DNA of 64,000 bases from Camelus dromedarius (taxonomy: Eukaryota). Position numbers and translations under genes: made by a program. The stretch is taken from NCBI RefSeq assembly GCF_036321535.1, contig NC_087461.1:4650001-4714000 (forward strand), given 5' to 3'. The notes below the pieces were generated by a model. The model worked only from the letters and a program-made list of their open reading frames with translations, was not told the DNA's origin and did not search any database. Positions 19,531 through 32,560 of this stretch are shown one piece after another (position 1 is the first letter of the stretch; every line of letters begins with the position of its first letter).

Positions 19531-22320
19531 GCCCGGCTTGCCCGTCTACCTGATCTTCACGAGGGCAGTCACCACTCAACCTTCAGCCTGGCTGTTTCTG
19601 CTCTCCTTGCTCTTTCTGACCCTGTACCTACCCTCAGAAGAAGTGCTCTCAGAACCTGGCTCTTGCTTGCATCTACAGCTGGACCCCATGGCAGGGGGAT
19701 CTCAACACCATATCAGGATGTTCTGAAGGCCTGTCTACATAGCCTTTTTCCTGTACTGCTTCTGCTCTTTTGTTTTTATCTGTATCCCAGAGATTACAGT
19801 GAGAACGCGAGGTGCTGTGACCCAGAGGCCGAAAAAGTCCCGGGGAAAGAATCAGAGAGGGCACAAAAGCATGGAAACTATATTCCACCCCACTTACAAG
19901 TCAACCCCACTTATAAAGTCCACACAGACACCTTAAAAGTGACAACTGCACAACTAAGAAGCATCATTTTTTCCCGAAAAGGCATTCCAGCCAAAGCCAC
20001 AGGAGAGGCTGAGTGTGTTTGGGAGTTCCTGACTTGTGAAGATAATTATTGTACCTTTAAAGTTCCTGTTGCTTAATGCGCTCCTGTGACAGACTGGCTT
20101 CGGGAATTCGGCTGTTCCTTCCTGTTCCTGTAACACTACCTTTGTTTTCTTTGCAGGACAATGAAGATTGTGTCCATTGGGCTTCCTCAAATTAATGAGA
20201 TGCTCCCTTTGCTCTCCTGATTAGATACAGATCTTTCCCTGGACAGTCGCGCTGTGGGCACAAGAAGAGCAAAAGCTGCTTCCCCCTCTTTAAAAGTGAA
20301 TGGAACAGCTTTTGAGCGCATGGTGACGGCCATGTCTACCCTCACGAGGCGTTAGAGTAGACGTTTGAAAGTCAAAATCCACATACTTTAAGGCAGAAAC
20401 GTGATTCCGAACACTTACCTCCTGTCTGCATCACGCAAAGACTTGAAAGAAGCTCCAGACACTTTACACAGAGCACGCAGCTTATGCTGCAGGGAGCTTG
20501 AAATAGAGCCCAGAGCACAAACACCGCACACATCTTGTGCAGAAGAAGCTTCCGTTGGGCTGAATCCTTGCCACGTTTCCATCGCGTTCTTAGTGCTGAC
20601 TAGATGTGAACATTTTCCATTAGTAAGAGGCCGAGAAAATCCCGCCTCTTGGAGAGTGGGGAGGTGCGGTGTTATAGAACAGGATGAACAGAGCTCTTAG
20701 TGAAGAAAGGCTTCAATTCTAACTGCAGCTCCGGCACTTTGTAGCTGTGTGGCTTTAAGGCGAGTTCCTTAACCTCCTTCCCTTATAAAATGGATAGATT
20801 GATAATAGGCTATCTGTCCCAAGGGTGAACTGCAAACCCTTTGAAGACAGATACCACCTTCCTTTCTGGCATCTCCGGTGCCTCATGCTAGATCTTGAAA
20901 TACAGTAGTCAAGTGGCACTTTCTGAATGAATATATCAAATGAAACGATTTATGTGCAATTACTTGTAAAGCTGATCACGTTATAGTATTGTAAAATATT
21001 TCTCTTGTTCTGTTTCTCACTAAGGTTATCCCCATGCTGCAAGTTTTCCTAAGAAAGTTCTTTCCTAAGAAAGAACAAAACTTTAAGGAAGAGACGTAGA
21101 AAAAAGTAAAATGGTTTTGAACTTGGGGTTATTTGATTGCCTAAGCCTTTGATAGCAGTAGTGTGGAGAGAAATCTGGGGTAAGGAATATGGTTAAATGG
21201 TCATATTTCACAGAGTAGGCAGAAATGGTTTGCTTTTTGGTGTGTGTGGTGTGTGTGTGTGCTTTTATTTAAAGCTACATGAAAAAGAGACTTATTGGAA
21301 TAAATGCCTTTTTATAACGTTCATGGAACAGCCAAATTAGTAACCCAACCTGAGCTGGCGATATGGACTATTAGAAATCCTTGGGGGACCCACATTAATG
21401 AGTAGATAAGAGTGCTTTGTTGTTAGCACATTATTGTTTCTATTCTATACTGGACATCAGTCATTTGGTCCATTTTTCAAAGACCCACTTGAATTGTCTG
21501 AACCCATGAACTTCCTGAAAGTTTAGCCACCAAACTCCATTAGTAGAGTCAATGACCGCTCAACTAAAGGGTATTTATTTTATTCCTTCCTTCAGTGCAA
21601 GTCTCCCCAAACCCCAAAGACTAACAGATGTATTTCCTCTCAAGAGGCCACGGACAAGGACATTTCAGGCCATTGTGAGATAATTATTCTAATTGGTTAA
21701 AATCACTTTGGAATTTGCTTGTCTTATTAGTGTGGAGACCGGACTCGGAGCTTCATTAAGAAAAACACGTTAAAATTCAGACAGGCATCAGGACGAACTG
21801 TGTCTTTGTATGGCAAACTCTGCTTAGATAATGCAAATCAACGGCGTAAATGAGAAGACAAGCTTGTTTCAAGTACCTAAAGCATCATGAACATGGACCC
21901 ACATAGAGAGACGCAGGCACAGATTAACTATAACTCTCTCCCATTTATTGATTAAAACAGGTTCCCTAAGGACTTGTAACAGAAGTCATCCCAGCTTAGT
22001 TTGATTGCCATGTGCACTTGAAATGAATAAAACTGCCCTTCAAAAAAAAAAAATCCATAGGAGACATCTGTAATTAACGGATATTTCTTGACATTCTACA
22101 GAATTTATCCAAATTAAGGCTTTATTGTGATCTTCTAGTTGCAAGGTGCTGGAGATAGCGACCAGAGATAGAGAGACCGTCAAACACACCTGTGTGTAGA
22201 GATCTATTCTACGAAGTTTGCCAACGGAGGTTTCTCACTGTGTAGGCAGAGGAGCAATGGCGGCTGGTCAGTGGCTCTTTTTGTCATGCTGGACCGTGTT
22301 CTTGGTACTTTATGGGTGTA

Positions 22321-22349
22321 ATGAGGATGAGGATGAGGATGAGGATGAT
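22321..22349. repeat. (GATGAG)n microsatellite at a MIR tail
   Basis: Directly visible. Confidence 0.85.
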
Positions 22350-22530
22350 AGTTACCATTTATCCAGTGTATTCCAGGAATCAGTGTCTCACTCGATGCTT
22401 CAGGAGCCACTTACAACAGACACTGTTATTCCCATTTTACAGGTGAGGAAAGAGGCTTGAAAGAAACTTCACTGCCCAAGGTCAACATCGAGGCAGAGGT
22501 GGAACTGGAATTTGAATCACGGTGAACTCC
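22345..22530 (-). mobile_element. MIR SINE
   Basis: GTTATTCCCATTTTACAGGTGAGGAAA.GAGGCTT...CTGCCCAAGGTCA...GGAATTTGAATC. Confidence 0.8.
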
Positions 22531-23699
22531 GGGGCTAGCTCCTACCCTGCAGAGACATCACAGCAGAGTTCACCAGGTAAGGGTCATTCTTTCTCTGAAC
22601 TCACACTTAGTATATAATGTAGAATTAACCACAGTTCTTCATCTCGTTCTCATTTTGAAATGACCTGGAGTTTAACTTGAGAATGATCGTACACTTACTA
22701 TAATATGCATTGGCCTAAACAATGCCTATCGTGTGGTAGATACACATGAAATATTTGTTAAAGGAATATTCTGCCCATTTTTGGTATAGCCGCCACCCTT
22801 GGTGGGAAGAATGTGGATTGGAGATGGCTGGGAAGTATCAAAATTAAAAGTAAACTTTTTCATTATTTTAAATAATCCATTGCACTTCCTGGGGAAGGTC
22901 TGCTTAAGGAAGGGGCAAACTGCAAATATCATTAGGAGACTGTTTATAGTCAGCAAAGGAATATATTTAAGAAATGAGCACGGCTGCGCATTTTCCTATT
23001 TGGTGACAGACAAAACCAATGTTTATGCTTCTCATTTAGGATTCACTGAAATGAAAACATAATCCCAGTTAATTACTGTTCCCTAAGGTATCTGGTTGCA
23101 CAATGTTTTATAAAATTAAATCCTGTTTAGCGCCCATGAAAGGAAAAAACAAAAAACTTACCTTAGCTGCAAAACATTTTTAAAAAATGAAAGGAAAATG
23201 AAGAAGGAAAAAGGAATCAAGTAAAACCCAGTTAGCACCTTCAGTTCTTGTCACGGATGCCTGAATAACCTGTGACAACGGAACTCGTGAGTTGGAGGCT
23301 GCTAGGAAATTTCTTAGGACTGCATTGAACACGGAGATCCAAAGAACCAGCCCTCGGTGGGTGAGGTCGCCGTTTTGACCTGTTTATTTGCTCATCTTCC
23401 AGCTGATTTTAAAATTAGGAAGAGACACCCCACAGAGGCACAGCTGCACCTTCGGTCTGAGCAGACGGAGGTTTCGAGGGCTTCTTATTTCATGGTTATT
23501 TCTCTGAAGAATGAGAGTATGAGGTTTGTATTCATTAGCGAGAACTGGGTTAACCGTCCTGACAGGAGCGGCCTGAGAACCCTCAGGAAGCATCTGGATG
23601 CCCAATAGGTTAAGTGTGAGGATTAAGTGAAATAATATATGTAAACTACCCATCAGATGGGAGAGGGTGAACACACTTTATTTCTTCTGCCTTCATCTC

Positions 23700-24050
23700 C
23701 TTCCTGAGAGTCTTCCTTTTACAGTTTTCCAGTCTCCATGATTTTCGATGGGGCACCTCTGTCCTGGTGGACTCAATCTGTTTTCTGCCTTCCGGATGAC
23801 GGCAGACTGTAGCCCTTCTCTCCCACACAAAATGCTTTCTACGCCCTTCTCTGTGACTCTCCTAGGGTATATTTGATCACAAGTCTTCTTTTCTGGGAAG
23901 ACTTCCCTGGTTCTATCCATTTGGTCCAGTATTTGTAGTTTTTACCGTATTGCTTGGCATCCAATTATGTATTCCTTTGTAATGCTTTCAAAATATTTTT
24001 ACCTACGTGTGTCCTCTGTTCCCGACAACTTTGTGAGAAAATGCTCTGCT
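23700..24050 (+). mobile_element. Degenerate L2
   Basis: Pyrimidine-rich L2-like CTTCTTTTCTGGGAAGACTTCCCTGG. Confidence 0.45.
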
Positions 24051-24129
24051 TTGTTGTAGCCATACTGAATGGGGAATGTTGAATTAGTTCAGAACACTTT
24101 AGTAGGGAGAAATATATACGTTGGGGTGC

Positions 24130-24500
24130 ATTAAAAGACCAGCTAGGATCATGAGGGAACTTGAAATGATTTCCAGATAAGAAATGGTTGAAGAACTTGG
24201 GCCATCTATCCTGGAGAAGACAAAGGTGGATGGGAATATAAGGTAAACTGTCTTTGTCTACAAACAGTTAAAGAGTTACCATGTGGAAGCTGTATTGGTA
24301 TTTTTCCAAATTAGGGCCAATGATACAAAGCTATAAGCAAGAACTTTCTAACAGACCCAGCTGTCCAAAGATGAGTTCTCTGGATTTGCAAGTCTTCACA
24401 CTTGGGCTGAAAAGTCATTTGTTTGGAATATTGTACAGAATTTTCAAGCATCAGGTAGGTGATGAGACTGGAGGAACCCTGATGTTCCACCTAACTCTGG
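24130..24500 (+). mobile_element. CR1/L3 3' fragment
   Basis: GAAATGGTTGAAGAACTTGGG..ATCCTGGAGAAGACAAAGG...CTTTCTAACAG..AGCTGTCCAAAGATG. Confidence 0.65.
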
Positions 24501-24680
24501 TTTTGTTTTTCAGTCCAGATGGAAAGTGCTTCTCCGCCGTGTTGTGTTTGTTGAATGGATAAATGAATATTTCTCACACAGTGAGGTCTTGGCAAATATT
24601 CTCCAACTGACCTGTTCTAGGAGCCTTAATAAATATTCAAAACTGTTAACAAATACTTAAAAAAAATCCCTTTGTCTATG

Positions 24681-24962
24681 TCATAGAATACAAACTTGTG
24701 GTTTCCAGGGGGGCAGGGGTGGGACGGGACAGACTGGGAGTTCGAAATTTGTAGATACTGACAGGCATATGTAGAATAGAGGAACAAGGTTATACTGTAG
24801 AGCACAGGGAAATATATACAAGATCTAGTGGTTACTTACAGCAAAAAAAAACGTGACAATGAATATATGTATGTTCATGTATAACCGAAAAATTGTGCTC
24901 TACTCTGGAAATTGACATAACATTGTAAACTGACTATAACTCAATAAAAATTAAAAAAAAAA
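24681..24962 (+). mobile_element. 5'-truncated camelid-type L1 with TSD
   Basis: Ends CATTGTAAACTGACTATAACTCAATAAAAATTAAAAAAAAAA; TSD AAAAAATCCCTTTGTCTATG (24661-24680) vs AAAAAATCCCTTCGTCTATG (24957-24976). Confidence 0.93.
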
Positions 24963-25139
24963 TCCCTTCGTCTATGTGTAAAAAGCCATACTCAAATGTG
25001 TTGTAAATAGGACTTTCAGTGACTACTTGTAGATAAACTCAAGTGGCACTGCTTACGTTCCTGAGTATATGTGGAGAAAAAGTTATACAAAAACCCAACG
25101 TTAGTTTTCTCAGCAAACTAAAAACATGAAATAGATTAA

Positions 25140-25500
25140 CAGAAAGAAGTGAGGCATAATAAGACGAGATTGGTTGGGTTTGAATCCTCGTTTCCCCTTG
25201 AAACCTGTGTGACCCTCAGGAAGTTACGTATTCACGTGAACTCCAGTTTCTTCATTTGTAAATACCAGGTTAAAAATAACAGTCCTCTTGAAAGGTCATT
25301 CAGGGCACAGACCAATCAGAAATGATGTCTGGCCAGTGGTACTGGATGCCAGCCAGTATGTTGTTTTGGAGCAGACCAGCCGAATGTCAGCTCTGGCTGT
25401 AGGATTAAATACAAGTAAAAATGCCTGCACAGTGTTTAGTGCATAGAAGATCCTGAATAAATGTTGACTTCCTCCCACCACCGAGAAGCTGCGATTGCTG
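25140..25500 (+). mobile_element. MIR SINE (fragmented)
   Basis: GGGTTTGAATCCTCG...TGTGTGACCCTCAGGAAGTTAC...CAGTTTCTTCATTTGTAAA...GTGCATAGAAGATCCTGAATAAATGTT. Confidence 0.7.
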
Positions 25501-26997
25501 TGAGATGTGATAGGAATTATCTGCAACTTCCCGTGGGATTCAGAATCAGTTTGAATAGCTATGAAAATATTATTCCTAGTCCTATTAGTTTAGGTTCAAT
25601 TGGTCTTAAATTGTTACTCTGAAAACATATTTATTTCCCTGCAGTGCTCATTTGGCTTTAGGGGTACAGGACAAAAAGGGGGCACGACTCTGAGGCTATC
25701 CTGATGAAAATAGGTAACTGTTTTCCTCTACATTCCGGATCCTTCAGATTAATCTGCTGAGATGAATGAAGGTGAAATAATAGTTCATTTTGGGGGTGAA
25801 AACTGCACTGAATCCATAGAGAAGGACATTGAGAAGGGATTGCGTTGTTACAACTGTTTTCTGAGTATGATTTTTACATGAACTGTCTTTATTGAGGAGG
25901 ACGCCCTCAATCCTCCTCTTATTAGTACCGATGGCCTCCCTGCGTCCCACACCACCCTCAATGGGAGTCAGTGTCTGTGTTGGAACGAGTTCGTGGGGAT
26001 TCGTACTCCCAGGGTGCCATCACATTTTATTTGATTATCTACGTAGCTTTGTTTCCTCCATCAAAGAAAGCTAATCAAGTTAAAGTCAAAACGCATCCAA
26101 TGTTCTGTAAAGCTGTCATCACCTAGGTTATGATTTCTACTAGAAATCAAATCCATGGTTTGCTTTCAGGGGAGGGTGAAGGGGAGGGAAAAGCTTGCAG
26201 GTCCATGGAGAGGGCACGGTGTGGGCAGGATTTTCACTCTTTTATGCTTGAGAAGAACTAGTATTTCCTGCTTTTCATCAGCCCCAATGAAATCCTTGCA
26301 TTCTCAAATGTTCTCCCCAAGTTGTTCTTCCTCAATTAAAAAAAAAGTTTTAACCTGTTCGATTCATGAAAGTGAGGAATTGAGATCTGTTCTCGACAAA
26401 TGCAATAGTATTGAAGTTAGAGGAAGAAACCCTACAAAAACCAGAAAGTTGCTTTACAAATAAACAGACAAAGTCTAGTCCCAACTAGCTTTGCTGTGGT
26501 CTGCCTAGACATACGACCCAGACAGTAAAATCAAGAAAATCATCATGTTTTCTACAAGCTGGCATCCATCTTGCTCCTCCAAATGAGCAGGAGAGACATG
26601 ACTGCTGATGCTCTTTTCATCTTTGGCTATGAGACCCTTCAGAGATGCCCTCAGTCTTTCTGTGTTAGGCTTCCTTCCTGGGGCTCTGGGAGTTAGGACT
26701 GCAAGCACTCTTTTCTGGGACTGTAATTCTTGTGGAATTTATCTTCAAGGATGGGCAAAGGCCATTTTTTAAATGTTTGCAAAATTCTGTGGGAGATAAA
26801 ATCAGTAGGCTTTGTCTTATGACCCTAAAATTCATGTAATTGGTTACTCTAATTTTTATAGGTCCATTTTCCCATTCCTTCTGTGTGTGAAATCAGGGCT
26901 CCTGGCATAAGAGCCATTGGGAAAGTTACCTCTGCTCTAAAGGTATTAGTGGGGAATTTGCCTGCAGGAAAAGTGGTTGGTGCTGCAACTTTCGCTG

Positions 26998-26998
<1 letters not shown>

Positions 26999-27042
<44 letters not shown>
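26999..27042. repeat. (AC)~22 microsatellite
   Basis: Directly visible. Confidence 0.98.
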
Positions 27043-27046
<4 letters not shown>

Positions 27047-30000
27047 TCCTGTCTTTTCTTCTAGCCTTCCAAACACTGCACAGAGACAACCTTTAATAAA
27101 TCAATGTTTTAGGGCCAAATTCCTCAAAGGCCTTCGTAAGAGCTTTGACCCTGCTTGTTGTGATAGTGTGTGAATGGTCTGGATAGAATCAATGGTATCT
27201 AGACCGCAAATCATGCCGTCTCACAAGTGCTTGGTGGCTTAAGCCAAAGGAATTGGTTTTTTATCATCTGCACTAATTGCCATCCACATAGAAAAGCGTT
27301 CAGGATTGTCGACGAGTTAGCAAGTATTCCGACTGTAGGTCCACAAAGGGATTTCTGTAAGGAGGGTTAAGATACAATAAGAAGGTACAGGCTTAACTTG
27401 TAGCAGGCAGAATTTCGACCAAGTGCACAGTGCTCTCTCAGTCTTGCTAGGTACTGATGAGGAACTTAAACGAGGGTCTGGGACTCCTCACTGTGTGTTA
27501 CAGATGCCCTGAGCAAGCAGCCGTCTTTGAGGTCAACCCGTCTGCAAACTCAGACCCGGGTGCCACGCGGTGACAGGCGCCGAGCCCTGGCCGGCCCCTG
27601 CATTTGGTTGTTCGCGCTCCCTCAGCTTGAGTGTTGGATCAGCCAGTGATCAAGGGAGAGCAGAACGCAGAGGCAGACAGACGGATGGTTCCCGTGGCCG
27701 GGCAGAAGTCGGAGCTGGTGGCCTTACAGAGGAGCCGCCACAGGCTGCTCTTGTGAAATCCTCGGTGTTCACGGCATGCATGGCCTGACTTTTATCTCAT
27801 TTGCCAACTGCAGCTGAAGCAGAACTGGGGGCACTTCACCTCTCGGGATTCATCAGAAACCGGCTTGCTTGGGTTCCCGTTTTTCTGTTCACTAGGTGGT
27901 TCTGATTCCAGCTGAAAATGTCTCAGAAGGCTTGTGTGCCGATGAATCATGTAGGCCAAAACAAGGTGTCTACTCCCTTCAAAGAGTTTTCTCTGATGAA
28001 ATGTCTGTGATGACAGGCTGTTTACCATATCCTGTTTTCCATCATCTAGAGTTCCTTGTAAGATCATTTACCCATTAATATGATGTATCTGTCTATTTAT
28101 CATTTATCCATCAAGCTATCTACCTGTTTCCAGAAGCCCTATCAGATAGGACCGAGGCGCTCTGAACGTGTGCCCAGCAGGCATGCTAGAACTTGTCCTG
28201 GCCTGAGAGACTCAGCTCTTGATCTAGTTTTATTGAGAGTAATTAGCATAGAGGGAACAGGTTTATAGGTAGTGCTCAAACTTTAAAATGTTTCATATGC
28301 ATCGTAATCAAGCTCTTAAAAAAAACAACTTTGGGGGAAGCTGATTAAATCTCTCCTCTCCTTTTCTTAGTCTCTCCACGTTTGAAGGAGGGGGAGATAC
28401 TTTCTCTGGGAAAATTAGATCCTTCATTTAACGGTATATGGACCACTGTCCCATTTTATCATTTGTTCGTTCTTCCAAAAACCTGTGGGTGTGTTCCAGG
28501 TGGACGGGTGGTGTGGGTTTTAAGCCACAGCAGTAATGCGGTTGCAGCAGGCAGTTTCCTGGGACTGGCCCAATTCCACATGTTGTGTTTCTCATGTCTG
28601 CTGATGCCAGTGAGCAGCAGAAAAGAGAACAGGCGTGAAAGGGATTCTGGGATGGGGCAAACAGGATGGAGAGGGCCAATTTTCTAAGTAAGACAGAGTT
28701 GTTTGCTGCTAAAAGCAAGCAAATGAGTTACACTCCTTGTCACCCACACTGTGTTCTCCGGGTGAAGACTCATCGTCAAATGAGGGACGGCTGTCAAGAA
28801 TGGCCCATTTAAATGTGGCACTCGGAAGAGGTGGCTCTCTAATATTTGGAGGCTTGCTGCAGCTTAAAATACAGCCCAACAGAGCATAGAACAATGTTGT
28901 TGGTTTGCACTGCTTGGTTTCTAGGGAAGGGCAGCCTCCTGCCTTCCCCACCTCCTCTCATTCCCCAGTCCCCTTCTGAATCACCCAGACACTCGCTTGG
29001 CTTTATCCTCACTGCCTCTTTGCCTCTGTCAACCCCGTCCTTTTTTTATGACCCCACTGAGGATTCTTCAAAGACACTTTTCCTTGCTCTGAATTCTCTT
29101 GGCAATGATGTACCCCAATTCCATTGTCTTTCTGTTCTTTCATTCATTCAACGCCATATAACAGCCTTACATGTGGCTTTCAGAGCAGTCTCATGTTGGT
29201 TCATAACATCTTTGGTCTTGTCTTTCAGTTGACTGGTATCTGAGGCAGGGCCTTAATCATAGGGTTTTGTTCCAGGAGGGACAAGCAATGCGACTGATTT
29301 AAAGTTTACTACCATTTTCTAAAGACCGATGGCCACCAAAATTTCACTGTGTGTCTCTTGTCCTCCTCTTGAAATGCTGAATGTCCATGGATGAGCTCAG
29401 AGTTCGTTGGAGAGGAGAAGTGCTCATCGCTATGGTCGAGCGATCTGCTCTGCTGTGGGAAAGCAAGGGATCTAGACAACGCGTCCTTTTCCTTCCCTTC
29501 TCTGCCGGTGGGGGGTTCGACGCTGGGGATTGGTGCCTGCACTCTTCTTCCTCCTTCCCTGTTAGGTTTTCTCATTCTACACCAGACCTGAAACCCTCTT
29601 TTAAAATATCTTTCTCTTCTCATGAAGTTTTTTAAACGATTTTTCAAAGTTCTGAAGGAAAAGTCATACTTCAGTGTTTAAATCCTTTAACATGAAGTTG
29701 GCCTGAAACCCTGTTATCTTCTTATAACTTTTCAGTAACAGATCCTAGTATCACATTAATGGACTTATAATAACTAGGGGGAATTGAGGAAGAGCGGGGG
29801 TGCTGTTTTATGACCCAGTAAATCACCAATTAGGCCTGGTCGGATTGGTTGCGCTTCTGTCGCTGAATACGATTACTACTTCAGTTTAGGAAATTGCTAC
29901 CGTAGGTGCGCAGAGGAATGAACAAGACAGCACAGGTGAGCAGTAATTTTTGACACAGAGGTTAGTTTTATTATGCGCTTTATGTATTTTCAATAAAATA

Positions 30001-30094
30001 TATAGGTAATTAAAAATTGAACCATGGTGCTTTTTTTGGATTTATATTAATTAGCACATACATGGCACTTTATATTTTCAAAAGCTTTATATGG

Positions 30095-30250
30095 CTTTAA
30101 TTAACTACTTCATGCTACACAAGTGAGGTAGTGGGTATGATTATACCCATTTTGCAGATGAGCAAGCTGAACTATGGGGTGCTTAAATAAATTGCCTAAG
30201 GGCTCCAGCAAAGCAGGGCAGAAGATGAGTTGAGCTGCGAAGCCTGTGGC
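30095..30250 (-). mobile_element. MIR SINE
   Basis: ATTATACCCATTTTGCAGATGAGCAAGCTGAA...AAATTGCCTAAGG. Confidence 0.75.
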
Positions 30251-32027
30251 ACCTGTCTTGGCCTTGTCTCTCCTAGAGCTACTAATGGCATTGTACCTTT
30301 GCTCCAGAGAAACAGGCAAATGTTGCAATGAAATCCTTTCTTTCTTTCTTTCTTTCTTTTTTTTTCCATCTTGGGGACTTTTAGTAGTACTTTGTTTTAA
30401 AATAAGGAACCTCAACGTTTTTGATTCTATTGGAGGAAGATAAGTTATGTATCTACAACACTCAGAGAAAGATACAGTATGTTTTCATTCATATTTTGCA
30501 TCAGTGAGTAAATTGAAACACAGAGAGGCAGCCCCAGATGTCAGTGGGGCAGTGGCGCCCTGAGTAGATGGATACCCAAAGAACCACAAACTGAAAGGTC
30601 TTACTCCCATCCTCCGTGGGCCACAGGAATGTGTAAAACTGTGTATAATGACAGCACTAAAAAGGACCCAGCCAGCGTTCACTTCCCCGACTTTTGAAAG
30701 CATGTCCGTTTAAATTTCAACACCCTTCAGAGCCTTCCTAAGTGCACAGCTGATCACAATCCTCCCCACCATTCTTCCTTGCCAAGAATTAAGAAACATT
30801 CCTTTCTCTTGATGATAAATTCCACTCACCACCCCGCAGCCCCCTGCCAACATAGGAGCCACTGAATGTACAGTTTTATTCTCTTTTTAAACACAACAAA
30901 TCCAGAAAATATTTAATCCTCCCCTTTGCTCTGAGTGTTCAACAAAGACCAAGAACTCATTTTCATAGAAATCACATTTTCCTATGCCTTTTCCTCAGGT
31001 ACAGGTGCCAAGGAATAGAATTAAACAGTGGATACCTAACTATTCCGTAAGCCAACAGTCAACTTCCTCCACTTCTAGACAGTGGATTTAGTCGTAGGAG
31101 TTGTAGGCTGAATTCTAGAGAGACCCAAGTTATCAGCAGGCACATCCAAGCCTTGTTTGGGGCGGTTTGTCTTATCTGTTCCCTGGAAGGTGGAACCACC
31201 ACAATCTGAGAGGAATCACAGATCATAGCCCAAGGTGGATGTTTCCACTGATGGGAGGCTAAGGAGCTCCTTTCCTTTTAAGCTTTAAAAATAGAAAGAA
31301 CAGCCCCGATGTGCTGTTTTCTCCTTGAGGAAGTAGTCTTTGATTGGATTTAGAGAACCCGATAACTTTAAAGATGACATTGAAAATGGCAACAGAAGTA
31401 CAGCAAGGGCATGCGGGCTCCGAGGTGAACGAGGGGCACACAAGGCCGGGTCTGGGTGCTGTGGAGTGAGTAGGCAGTCGCGATGGAAGTGAGATTGTGA
31501 TGGAAATAATTACACTGTGAAGACAGGGAGAGGAATTCTTGCCCCCACCCCCGCCATAGGCCATGGGGATAAAGCAATCTACCCATCGGCAGAGTTCTGA
31601 GCAGCCGACCTAAAGAATGCAATGGCGGCGGACAGCGGGGTGGGCAGCGGGGATGCACCGAGAGCTGGGCGAGCAGCGGCAAAAAGCATCCAAACTGAAC
31701 ACGGGCTTGTGGGAGACGAGCATCACTGAGCCTTTCTTTTTGCTTTTCTGGAAAGCACAGCGGCTTGTATGTCTTTGACAAAAGGCTGATTCTGTCCAAC
31801 TTGGAAAGGTTCTTGACTAAGATGAAAATGTGAGGGACACAGACAGGGTCACAAAAGAGAAGGACCACACCTCTGCAGGCCAGCAGAGCGGCTGGACTCT
31901 CTCTCTGGCAATCTATACGATGATGCTTATAATCAGTGTCATTTTTTTTAATGTAAAAATATCATACTTGATACTTGGGGACAATACTGCACTCTTAGTA
32001 TTAATTTATTTGCTAAGCAAAACTACT

Positions 32028-32210
32028 ATGTATAAAAGAGACAAACAACAAGGACCTACTGTAGATCACAGGGAACTATATGTAATATCTCATAATAACC
32101 TATAACAAAAAAGAATATATATATGTATATATATATGTATAACTGAATCACTATGCTGTATACCAGAAATTAACACAACATTATAAATCAACTCTACTTC
32201 AATTAAAAAA
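32028..32210 (+). mobile_element. Short L1 3' end
   Basis: AACAACAAGGACCTACTGTAGATCACAGGGAACTATAT...AAATCAACTCTACTTCAATTAAAAAAA. Confidence 0.9.
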
Positions 32211-32234
32211 AACTGAAAATGAAGTAGTAAATAA

Positions 32235-32560
32235 AACTAAATGCAAACGGCACTTAGGTGCCTAGTGCTTCCTATATATCCGTTCATTTAATCCTCCCAA
32301 GATCTCTATGAGGCATGCGTCACTATCTTATCTTTTAGATGAGGGAACAAAGCCTTAGAGGTTAATTGCTGGATATCACATACTAAGTGAAAAAAGCCTT
32401 ACGTGGATTTCCAGTTCACTTGATCCTGATTCTTTTATTACTTACCTCGCAAGGTTTTGAGGAGGTGGATGAAATCAGACAACTCACATTAACACTTAGC
32501 GTCTGGCACTTAGCAAATGCTCCATCACTGTTGGTTATTATTTGGAGCAATTGTTGACCG
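32235..32560. mobile_element. MIR remnants
   Basis: CATTTAATCCTCCCAAGATCTCTATGAGG..CTTTTAGATGAGGGAACAAAGCCTTAGAGGTTAA. Confidence 0.7.

Larger units (their letters stand above)
16800..20340 (+). ncRNA. Probable divergent spliced lncRNA (exon 1 ends 16845; exon 2 starts 20157; 3' end unknown)
   Basis: Donor AAG|gtaatg at 16846; acceptor acctttgttttctttgcag|G at 20156; only a 19-aa ORF after the acceptor. Confidence 0.35.

Noticed and set aside
19510-20076. Longest track ORF (188 aa, plus strand)
   Set aside because: Begins inside the MER33 end, has no recognisable domain and no supporting splice pattern; likely chance
25871-25898. Two mutually exclusive small hairpins (ATTGAGG/CCTCAAT and GAGGAGGA/TCCTCCTC)
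   Set aside because: 7-8 bp stems are expected by chance in 64 kb
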